Shown here: piece by piece, positions 38,852 to 50,344 of the stretch
Numbering within the stretch: the first letter of the stretch is position 1
Layout: each line of letters begins with the position of its first letter
Source: Convolutriloba macropyga
Taxonomy: Eukaryota
Length of the DNA: 64,000 nucleotides
Reading direction: 5' to 3'
Assembly: GCF_964194025.1 (NCBI RefSeq)
Contig: NC_134474.1
Coordinates: forward strand, 16,740,001-16,804,000
The notes under the pieces: generated by a model
Told to the model about the DNA's origin: nothing
The model's input: only the letters and a program-made list of their open reading frames with translations
Database searches by the model: none
Translations under genes and position numbers: made by a program

Positions 38852-39011
38852 CTCCGGGATGCATTCTGGGCTCCAACTCGTCCAGGAGGAGGTCTTCGTT
38901 AAGTACATGACACTGGAATTCTTCGTCCCACTCATCCAGACAGGAGAACTCCTTAGCCACATCTCCAACATTGATGTAGGTAAAGTCAGGGAGGGATGTT
39001 GATAACTGCTC
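38852..39011 (-). CDS. AK6: Adenylate kinase 6, exon 2
   Basis: Acceptor TTTTAAG (39012), donor GAG|GTAACA (38851). YINVGDVAKE...WDEEFQCHVLNEDLLLDELE. Confidence 0.92.
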
Positions 39012-40329
39012 CTTAAAATGGAGAATTCGAGAGGAATTGTCCACAAAAAAATCCTAATCCTACTAGTATAATTTGATCTAAAAAATTAGATTAGATCTTT
39101 TTAAAGCATGGTCTAAAGTAAAGGAAAAATCAGAAAACTTAAGGGGAAAAAGACAAAAATGTTTTCAGCTTAATTTTATGAGTTGTTAAAATTGAAATTA
39201 TTAAAGCGTTCTTCGAAGCTTCGAAGCTAAGAGTTTGAATTCATTTTAAAAACTTACCAAAAAAACTGAATCAGCACACACTACTGAGTTCATAGGATTT
39301 TCGAGTTTCCAAAACCATCTACAGACATTCAAAACTGAGGCGAAGTTTGTACCAAGTGAATTTACTAAAAGACGAGTTTAAAATTCTAAAAGGTATGGTC
39401 AACTGGACTACAATTTTATGCAAGTCTCTGAGCATTGAGTGATAAAAACGAGAGCAAAAATTGCAGATCATTAAAATTCATTTGAAAAAATTGCTAATTC
39501 GCCTCTAATACAATAACTGGTAGTCGAAATATGCAAAACAAAAATTGCTGACAGAAAAGAGCTTTGCAGACCATTCACATAAAAAATGATAAGCTTAAAA
39601 ACTAGATTGAAAAAAAAAACATTTGGATTTCTGATAAAACTTTTTTTTGTCTAATATTATGACCCCCGAAAAATTGATCAGAGGCAAATATACATGGCAA
39701 ATCATGGTCCATGATTAGACATTCATTAGTACTCTATTTTGGCTTGAACCAAACAATGGGGAGGAACTATAAGCTCAATTCTTTTTTGTTCAGTAAAATC
39801 TGACCGATTGATAAACTTGACGTATCAGGACATGAGTACCATCACCAGAAAGACCATCGAGTTTAAAAACTTTAATAGGAGGCGCGTCGGGAATTAATGA
39901 GTAGTTTTTTAACATTAGCTGATTTTCACCATTATTCATGTTTTCATAGCAATTCAGTCATATTTTATATACTATTAAAAATACTCATATTTTACATACT
40001 ATTAAAACTAGAGAAAGCAAGAAGGTTTTGTCAGCTGACACTGACAAAACTACAGAGCTTAGTCAGGGGGCAAAACAACGCAATTTATCTTCGGGATTGA
40101 CTAAGCAAATGAATAATTTAATAATTGATGACACCGCTTCCCGCCTTCAAAGGCCTCCCAAAACAACCCTTTTCTACCCCTATAAAGGATGAACTGCACC
40201 AGATATCTGTTATTGACCATCTGTTGTTGACTAAATTAGATATGACTAGTGGTGACCGAACTTCGATGAGATGATGTACTCCAAATCAATATGGGCCTAC
40301 TCGCAATTTACGCCTTTACTTTCTAAAGT

Positions 40330-42930
40330 GAAAAAGATACCACGCGATTTAGCGAAGCGGATAGACGAGATTGTGCAGTCCGCGAGTTCAGCAAATCTAG
40401 CTGCAACAGATAAATCTAAATGAACTCCCAGACCTCGAAGCTATCAGCAGTAAGCACATCCCTATTATAAGGTTCATTCCTGTAAAGTTTTGGGTGAGAT
40501 GGTCAGAATTACTAACGTCCGCTATCGGTGCTTGCATTTCTCACGCGCAATCGGAAAATTGAAAAAAACTCTTTGCATTTAGCATATGTGTTCTACGCGC
40601 GTCTAATCGTGAGGGTAAGAAGCACGAGCAGTAGCAAGAGAAACAGTTGTTGAGCAGACTTGAGTGATAGAAATCAGGTGATTATGCTGCACTGTGGTAC
40701 GAGGCGGCCCCAATGAAGCAGTCAAGTAAAACTAGGAATGAGTAAATAGACGCTTTAGCAAGCCGCGCGAAATCTCTTTGTCTGCAGAGGCAGTTTGGAA
40801 GGGCAGCGAAAGTTCTGTCTTCTAACGGCGTCGCTTCTGACAATACTGCAACGTTGAATGAACTTAAAAAGCTCCACCCTAAGGAAAAGCAACCTGATCA
40901 CCAATTCGATCAAGATGCTAACACGAACGCATATCAATTTGACGAGGCATCAGTATTCTTCCAAATCGAGTCGCTTTCCAAATTTACTGCAGCTGGGCCG
41001 TCAAAAAAGTATCCCGAGCATCTGCTGCATGCAGTAAACTGCGGTGCCCTAATCAATCAAAGCGACCATTCACTAGTTTAACAAAATTCGTCAACTTAGC
41101 CAGCAGGGGTCAGCTTCCGGAATTCCTTGCTCCTATACTATGTAGTGCAACCCTAAATGCATCGCAAAAGCTGAAAGGTGGGGTCCGTCCTATCACTGTT
41201 GGGGAAGTAATTCGACGTCTTATTGCTAAATGCATAGCTCGTGAAGCGAATTCAGAAGCTGCTGATCTATTTAACACAAAATAATTGGGATTAGCAGTCA
41301 GCGGTGTTGCTGAGAGCATAGTACACGCAACAAGAATTTCCTTTGAAAAACTGCAAAAATAAAAAAATTCCGGAATATTGCAGATTGATTTCAAAGCTGC
41401 CTTCAATTCGGTAAAAAGAAGCAAGGTTTTGGAAGCAGTCGCTAAATTCTTACCTAGTGATGCTCCTTTTTGCTACTCAACACAGTCATTTGCATTTTAA
41501 CAACCCATTTATATGGCCAATCGGGAGCTCAAAAAAGGAAACATTTGGAGCCGCTTTTAAAAAAATTGAAACAAAATTACTAAATCTAGTACAGCATAAT
41601 TGGTATTTGGATCTTTGTTGGTACCCAACAAAAGATTTGCACAGCATTGAATTTTTAAAAAAATTTGGGTGAAGGATGCGGTTTCGAGCTCAATAGAAAA
41701 ATGTGAGCTTTGGTCACCCGTTGAACTGAATGCTATAGATAACTGAGTAAGGAGAAATAGCAAAGAAGGACTTGAGATCTTGGGCGCTGCCATCGGCAAT
41801 CCCAGCTTTGTTGCTGCATCTTTGAGGAAAAGAGTCAACAAAATATAGCTGCTCGACCACCTGGCGTATCTAGACGACCCTCATTGTGCACTAGGAATTC
41901 TTTGAAGCTGTCTGGGTGCCCCAAAGATGGTATATTCCATGCGATGTAACACTATCTGACAAATCCTCTGTTATTTTGAGAATATATTAGGCACAATTAC
42001 AAGTGACAACGCTTGGAAGCAGGCTTGTCTACCAATAAGCAAAACTGGCATTGTAATTACACAAGCAGTTGACCAATTGAAAGCGGCGTTTGTTGGGTAA
42101 GTATCGCAGAGAGACGCTTTAGTAGAACAAATAACCAGTGAGAAAATAGCAGACAATCAAATTTTCAGAGAGACAGTGGAAGAACTGAAGAATCTAGAAA
42201 TTAGTGAATATACACAACACAGGAGACACTTGACGAGGCTGTGCAAGATTCAGGAGGCACTTGACGATATTGCTTTTTCTGACCTTTTTGGTAATCAGAT
42301 TTCAAATCGGGAGAAAGCTCGTTTGCTTTCACTAACGTTGCCTCAATCTGGTGCCTGGCTATCCGCACCTCCAATCCCTAGTCTGGGCCTTCACCTTCAG
42401 CCAAATGAATTCAGAGCCGCATTGAACTAACGGATCGGTGTTCCGTTATACATTGAGGAACGAAAGTGCCCTTACTGTCAAAACGGCAGACTGGACAAGC
42501 TGGGTGATCACGCCTTGAGCTGTCATGGTCGGGTATTAACTCAAGGCCAGGAGACATACTTGCGCAGCTGAACAGCGGGACAACCATCTGCGTTAGATGT
42601 AACCATCACTTCCCCACTGCAGCCCCGTCTAATTTCAGATGCGGCGAGGAGGTGTGACTTTGCTCTGACAAATGCTGAAGAAGTGAAATATGAACAATAT
42701 GACCAAAAATGTGCCGAAATAGGTATTCAGTTTGTACCACTTGAGTTCGAATCTTTCGGGGGCTTCTCAAACATTTGGTTCGAAAAAATTTGAAATGAAT
42801 AGCCTTGCTTGCCGATAACCAAAGCTCTCAACCGGCTGGTTTATCAATTGCCTACAATCGGGTATCTCAAGGAGTCTCATTGACCTTAAAGAGAGGTTCA
42901 GCCATAATAATGATTGCCAGAGATCCCCTG
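40330..42930 (+). mobile_element. Decayed CRE-like non-LTR retrotransposon (RT, zinc knuckle, restriction-like endonuclease) in AK6 intron 1, antisense
   Basis: Across stops and frameshifts: AAGPS, GGVRPITVGEVIRRLIAKC (~41180), IDFKAAFNS (~41385), WYLD (~41600), GLEILGAAIG, SGAWLSAPP, CPYC...GDHALSC (~42467), ALDVTITSP, FVPLEFESFGG (~42731). Confidence 0.85.
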
Positions 42931-43650
42931 TTATGAGACTCATTCGTGCGACAACACCCTTAGCCCCACAATGGTTAATTTACAGTCTTGGCTCTCCCAA
43001 TTTTAGTTGCCCAGTTATTGCCGTGCGCGAACATGTTTGTCACCCAATGAGTGGGGACAATGGTCATTTCTTCCGTTCAACCCGATTGTGTGGACTGATG
43101 ACAAAAATTTTGAAGACCCGATTGTGAGGGTTTCTGGGAACAAACAAAAGGCAAATACTCAATTGCGTGGGCACCAAGGTGATTTGTGGGCTTAAGGCTT
43201 ATCGTAAGAAAACTTTCTGAGAATCGCCTGAACTTAAAAATGATCTCAACCATGAGTTCCCCAATCAAGCATCCCTTAAATGTATGATTTTAAAAGTTAC
43301 AAAAAATTCAATATGCTAAAGAATATTATCATAATGGTATTACGTGAGTTGCTGGACGTTTATAGATGAATAAAAGTTGCAGAATTCTGCCTCTTGCTTC
43401 ATTCTGCTAAAACTTGACTATTCACTGATTAAAATTTTAACTATTTCAAAATAAAAAGGTAGAAAAATCGACCTATTTTGCGGGTTTTCATAGAAATTTG
43501 TCAGAAGTAATGACCATTCGCACTTTCTAGCTGAATAAAAGCTATTTTTACTTCAACTCAGCGGAGCGCCCTGGAATTAAGTGCTGCCAGCTTTTGCTAA
43601 ATTGAATTTTATCCAATTTGCAGTAATTTCAGCTAATTTTATTGCTCATT

Positions 43651-44465
43651 GCTAATTTCTATCAACAATATAATTTTATTTGCTAATGAAGAGCACCAAG
43701 GACAACGTCTTATGAATTCAATCATTATTTTTTCAAGTAATGGTACAACTTGACGAGTCAAGTGACATTGAATTAATTAAAATAAGTTTATGTTTTTGCT
43801 AAGTCTAAGGTTATGTTTTTGCAATAAAATTGATTTCTAGAAAACCTTTCGCCTTCTACCTCAAGAACTTACCAGGGCGCTGATTGGCCATTGTTCTCAA
43901 AAATCAGCCATTGTTGTCAAAGTTGAGCGTTTGGCAATGTTAATTTTTATCGATTTTCAAAGTCATTGTTTTTGTTGTTAAACTTCAGGCAAATACGTTT
44001 ACTTAGCCTGCATATACGTAGGCCAAATCAATCGACGCCTTCTCGCTAAATTCTATCAACAATATACTTTTATTTGCTAATAAAAGCACAAAGGACAACG
44101 TCTTATGAATTCGTTCATTATTTTTTCCAGTTATGGTACAACTCAAGTGACATTGAATTTATTTAAATAAGTTTAAGCCTAAGAGTTTCGACATTTTTTG
44201 AAAACAATTTTACATAACAATGTTTTTGCAATTAAATTGAGTATGTAGAAAACCTTTGGCCTTCTACACCAAGAAATTACCAGGACGCTGATCGGCCATT
44301 GTTGTCAAAAATCAGCCATTGTCGTCAAAGCTGAGCGTTTGGCAATGTTAATTTTTTTTTCGATTTTCAAAGTCATTGTTTTCGTTGTTAAATTTTAGGC
44401 AAAGTCTTATTATAGGCAAATACGTTCAATTAGCCTGCATGTACGTAGGCAAAATAAATTGACGT
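43651..44465. repeat. Diverged ~400 bp tandem duplication (43651-44040 and 44045-44465)
   Basis: GCTAA.TTCTATCAACAATATA...GGACAACGTCTTATGAATTC...TACGTAGGC occurs twice. Confidence 0.85.
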
Positions 44466-45040
44466 TTCCTCGGTAAATCCCTTTTAGATGTTTTTGGATA
44501 CTTTGCAAATTTCTGAAACATAATTGGTCGTTTCTCCGGAACTATCAGCTAATCATAATCTCCAACATTGATATTTTTCTTTTCGAGCACATGTATAACT
44601 TAGATATCTTTAACAGTTCTCTAACAGTATAGGCTGCTTTGCGCTATCTTTGATCCCAATTGCGCAATTTTTCATTCAGATTCTCAATTACCTTTTCATT
44701 TTATCGAGATGGAAACAAAATACACCCCCGTCTTCTAGTTGTCAAAAGTTGAAAAAGGAGATGGGGAATGAGGGGTGTCAAAAAATGTGCATCAGCACAT
44801 TATCGAGCCTCCTTGCTAGAGATTAATGGCGACCAATAAGATTTAAAGTAAAAAAATGAAACCAATTCCGATGCACTTTTGGTTTGAATTTAGTAGTACT
44901 GCAATTTACGAAATCCTCAACCTATGAATACCTATAAATTTAACTAACTAGTGATTGCATTTGCACAACAAATGTCTTGATTTATTAGATCATACTTTTC
45001 CAGATATTAAGGCAGATTACTCAGATTAAGCAATATAAAC

Positions 45041-45139
45041 CTGCAAAGTCTGGGACAGCGTGCTTTTCCCAGTAGCGGGAGTTCCACAAATGAGAATATT
45101 GGGAAGAGTGCGAGTTTCAGGCGTAGTATGAGTCGCCAT
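45041..45139 (-). CDS. AK6: Adenylate kinase 6, exon 1 (P-loop); absent from the ORF track
   Basis: MATHTTPETRTLPNILICGTPATGKSTLSQTLQ, 33 codons, donor CAG|GTTTAT at 45040, phase 0 with exon 2. Spliced product is 189 aa. Confidence 0.92.
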
Positions 45140-45822
45140 GGGACAAGTCCACACTCCTATGCTGACAACCCGATAGTCACGTAACAAAACAAAATTATCT
45201 GAAAAATAATTGGCATTAATTTAACGGAAACTCAAATACGAAAATACTATCAGTTACGGAAAATCGCTAATGTGCATTCGCACACAATGTTTGAAACCCA
45301 ACCCCCCAAATGATGGCTAATGAATAAATTTAATTAAATTATAATTTACCATCGCGCTGAATGTTAATCTCAGTTAAGTTTTAAAAATGAATTCTACTTC
45401 ATGGTATTGTTAACGAATAGATTTATACTATTTTGACGGTCTGATTCTTTCCAGAATGATAGTAGCGTCCCTTTTTTAAAAAATGTACAACAGCTTTCAA
45501 AACAATTCAGAATCCATTCCTTATTGTCCCTTCCAGACAGCATATTACAAAACCTCCTCTATTAAAAAAATGAAAAATAGGCGGCAAATAGCCACCTTTG
45601 ACTCCAGTGATGCACATCGGGATTAAAACAGAAAAAGCAGAGATAGGAATTTGTTGAAATTTCTCTAGGTGTCAAAAATGTTCTAATTTGGTGTGCAGCT
45701 TCAGTTCGATTCCAAAATTAAAATAAAAATCAGCTTCTAAACTGAATACTTATAAGCCTAATACTAATGCCAGCTAGCAACCCCTCCAATAAACTTTGAT
45801 AAATTTACGCAGCATGACTTAC

Positions 45823-48800
45823 TGACATATCTTGATGAATGACATGATTTTGGGATAAAAAGACTTCCTGTACAAAACATTTTGGTACTTAAGTTTACTT
45901 AAATTTCGTTTAATCAGGCCTGGTAAGACAAAGCAGCTTAATCTGCTGTTTTGCAGCACCTCATTATACCATAATCCTTGAATCAACTTTTCAAACATAA
46001 CTAGCATACTGACAAGAAATAGATTCGATAGCTTTATAGACCAGTAGTCTCAAAAAACAGTTGAAAAGGTACCTAAAAACCATTGACAACGAAAATTTTC
46101 ATACAAATATTTGCGGTGTCTGCAATTGGTAAAGACTGATGAGCTGCAGAGCTGACCTCACTTAACTATGAATAAAAATTATATATCCTCAATTCACATT
46201 AACACCTCAAATAACACACGCAAAAATCAATTTGAGAGAAAGGAAAAATCATTTTGACGAGGTACGCAACATTTGGCCGAAAAAAACTGTCACGTGAAAG
46301 AGACAAAATTCATCGAACAAGTCTAAAAAATTACGCATTCAACTCAGTTCACAAATTGCCTGAATGAATGATAACGATGATCTGAAATAAACGTGGAGTC
46401 ATACGATCGCAACAAAAATCCCGTCGAAATAATCACCCTAATACTCCGGAATCGAATCGAATTAAAATGTGATTTACACAGCAGACAATATTCTCACGTA
46501 AAAAAATTACTTAACATTTTTTCCGTTAAAAAGTCCCATAAATCTCTCGAATTGAAAATTTATTCTGCATTTTTGTGCGATATCATTTGCCTTGAGGAAT
46601 AAACCAATATCACGTTCAAAAAATTCAAAACCGCTTCATCTATTTCAGGATCTACAGGCCTATCAATCATTCGGTTGCTGACTATTTAGCAAGACCCATT
46701 TAACACTTCTAAATCAGAAATTGAATCAGAAAAAGTATCTAAAAATATGCAAAACAGGAGAATCATTCAAAAGTTATCGAAAATAGACAAAAGAGACCAA
46801 AATAATGAATTCTTTGACCTAATGAATTCTTTGACTCGAACAAAATACTTACAAATCAAAACAAGAGATAATCAATACCACGACGAACATTAATTGCAAT
46901 CAAAATGAGTCAGTCTCCAACGCAGTGAAAACTTGAATTTAAAAACGCCCAACAAAGTGTCTAAAACGTCAAGATGAGAAAAATATATCAACATTGCTCA
47001 TGAAACATTTCCGTACAATTGTCAAAACACTAGCCAACGTTCTATAACTTGTTAATATATCTGCAGATAACCAATAACACCTTGCATTGTCGCACATGAA
47101 TAAAAAATTCTATTCACTTAGCGAAATTTCTCTCGCCTATTTCACCTCTTTCCTTTTTTTCAGGAGATCACCAAAACTCCCTTTTGAGTCATATAAAAAC
47201 CAAATAGATCCATAAGCATCAATAGCCTCAGATAACTATCAAGGCTGTCAAAATATATATGAAAGAAAATGTACAACATAGCAGGCAAATTGCCGGAAAA
47301 TAGCCGCCGTTGACGCGGTTGATGCATATTGGGAATGAATCAGAAAAAAAAAGAAGAGATAGAAATTGACCGATTTTTTTTCTGTTTTTTTTTCAGCGTC
47401 AAAAAGTGTTCTAATTTGGGGTGCAGTTTCAGTTAGATTCTTGGAAAACTATTAAGCGTAATGCTGATATCAGGTAGCAATCTCTCTAATGAACTTTGAT
47501 AACCCAAGGCAATATGACTTAATGACCGGGCTTTATCGGTTTATCCCGTTTTTTTTACTCTGACATCGAAAATCCAATCAGTTGAAACAGTGAGTGAAGT
47601 AAGTCAGAAGTCAAGCGCGAAAATCTTGACTTATGCAAAACGAAAAACGTGTTCAAAAGGTATAGCAAGTTAAAAAACATAGTACGACGTAAATTTTCTG
47701 ACGTAAAATTCAAAGAATGTTCATTGACTAAACAACAGTTAGACCTAGAACAGACCATGAGTGAATTGGGAAAACTATTTCCAAAAAAATAACATCAAAA
47801 AATTTTAAAAAAAAACAGAAATTCAATGTCAAAATGCCCCATGTGAACAAAAAACACAATAGCGAGAAAGAAATTTGGTTCAACAAAAACTAGGCCAAGA
47901 ATGAACTATGAATGGATTGGGAAAACCATTGGAAAAATATCCGATCCAAAATATCGAAATAACAGTAAATATCAAAAGGAAAGTGCCGCATGTGAACAAA
48001 AAAACCACTAGCGAGAAAGCAAATTTTGTTCAAACACCGTACTCTCACTTTGCTATAAAATTACAGTAAAAAAATCACGCCCCAAAACCACTCACTTTTT
48101 CGCTCCACTTCCTGTTTCAGCGTAACTAAAATCACTACTCCAATTTGACTTCAAAAATCCTGAAAATGTGTAAACAGATTTAAAAGAAACAGCACCCGAA
48201 TACAATTCAAACTCATCAAATTCCAAATAACAGCCGTCGAGAGGCTGAGAGCGGCTATTAAGAAAAATACGATAATAATATAATAATATTTCTGAGAAAG
48301 ATTGAATAATAAAAATCGAGTATTTCTAAACGAACGTTAAAAATACGTTTTAATTTACGCAGAAGACTCGGAAAAAAGCTAATAACACAATTTTAGTAAA
48401 CCTATTAATTAATCAAAAAAGGCATGTCCAGACTTAATAATTTTTGATTTTTTGCATGGTTTTAACAGAATGATCGGCTTTGATCTTAAGTATCAAAAAT
48501 AGACAGGTACCTGTTAAAAGAGCATTAAAAACTTTGACGTCTAAAACCACTTGTTGCTATCTGCTTACCAATGCCAATACGTTGCTAATCTGATATAACC
48601 ACTTTCAAAATGACACATGTTCAGCAATAAAATTACTTTCCTCTGTTTGCTCGTGTTCCCTTTCTTGGATTAAAACAACCACCAAAATTAAAAAAAAAGA
48701 AATAACCATACCTCAGTACTCGTTAAAATTAAAAAACATAGCCGGTAAATTGCCGGAAAATAGTCGCCGTTGGCCCGCTTGTCGCACATTGGGATTGAAA

Positions 48801-50283
48801 CAGAAAAAGAAAAAATAATAGAAATTGACAGAATATTTTAAGTGTAAACTTTTTCATTTGGTGTGCAAATTATGCATATTCGGTTAGATTCTAAAATTAC
48901 AATTAATTCAGCTATTAAACTGAAGCATAATACTAATGCCAGCTGGCAATGGCTTTAGTGAACTTTGATAACCTAATACACTATAATGACCGGGCTTTAT
49001 ATTCTTATCCAGTTTCTTTTGACCTGATTTTGCTCTTTTGACTTTACCTTAATCACTATATTGCTTAATTCAATGCGTGAGAAAATAAATGTAAAATCCA
49101 TTGAGTTGACACAGTGAGTGAGGTGGTTCAAACGTGAAAATCGTGATTATGTAAAACGAAAAACGTGATCAAAATATAAAGCGAATTAAAAAAACATAGC
49201 AGGACAAGTCCTGACGTACAACTAAAAAAATTTTCATTGACTAAACAACAATTAGACCTAGAACAGACTGACTGAATTGGGAAAAGCATTTCAAAAAAAT
49301 CAGATAAAAAAACAGAAAATCAATGTCGAAATGCCGTATTGGAACAAAAAAAACCCTAGCGAGAAAGCGAATCTTCGTTCAAACACCATTTTCTCACTCT
49401 ACTAGAATTTGAGTGAATCATTTTACTCTGCAAAACCACTCGATTTTCACTCCACTTCCTGTTTCGGCGTGACCAAAATCACTACTCCCATTTGACTTCA
49501 AAAATCATGAAAATGTGTGAACAGCTCCTAAAAAAATTCAGCGCCACAATACGAGCAAAAAAAAGGAGAGCGCCAAAATAATAGCCGTTGAGAGGCTGAC
49601 GGCGGCTATTTAAAAATGCTCATAAAATGTGCATACGAAGCGCGAAAGTCAAAAGTTGTGAGCCTTAAGTTTTCATTGATAATAGAAAAATTATACATCT
49701 CCTCAACAAAAGATTCAGTTTTTCAAGAGCTTTTCATTTATAAAACTACATCTGTTTATCTCCGCAAAAAAATGGCCTAACAAAAAAGTAAGGCTTGCAT
49801 AAAGTTCCTAACCCCACTTTTACTTGTCGTTGGATCAATAATGCAAACAGCTGGCTTGTCCTACTTTTCAGCTTATAAAAATCAGGGATAGTTTGTCCCA
49901 TCGGTCCTACTTCAAACCTGAATTCTAGCATTTACAATCGGATATCAATCGCTTTTGCATTTCACTACAGACTCATCTTACATGAAAATTATCTAACATG
50001 AAAATCGTGACATCAGTACATTGCGTCACCCATAGCACTTATGTCACGAACGATGACACTCAGTAGTCAATTATTCTGATATCAAGGACAGATAACGCAT
50101 AAACCTAATTATATATCATTACCGTTTGAAAGTAGCAAACAATATGAAGGTCTCATGGGTTACACCCAGGGCTGATTTATCAATTTTAGTCAAAACAGGA
50201 GAGAAAATACATCTACACTCCTGTAGGCTCCACACCTTGTTTTCCACCGACACAATAAATAAATGGTCACTTCTATCATTCAT
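45823..50283 (-). CDS. Candidate unannotated 3-exon ORF (~150 aa): 50283-50123, 49917-49813, 46008-45823
   Basis: All junctions are GT-AG and phase 2 (CG|GTAATG, GG|GTTAGG, CA|GTAAGT) and the frame is open throughout. No homology recognised, and donors were chosen by eye. Confidence 0.35.
47277..48259 (-). mobile_element. HINE-like family 1 copy
   Basis: GGCAAATTGCC then GGAAAATAGCCGCCGTT at left, CAGCCGTCGAGAGGCTGAGAGCGGCTATT at right, shared core. Confidence 0.75.
48737..49611 (-). mobile_element. HINE-like family 1 copy
   Basis: CCGGTAAATTGCCGG then AAAATAGTCGCCGT at left, AATAGCCGTTGAGAGGCTGACGGCGGCTATTT at right. Confidence 0.8.
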
Positions 50284-50344
50284 TAAATTTCTTCAAAATC
50301 CGGTTAAATAAGAAATTCGGTCAGTACAAAAATAAAATCTTTAA

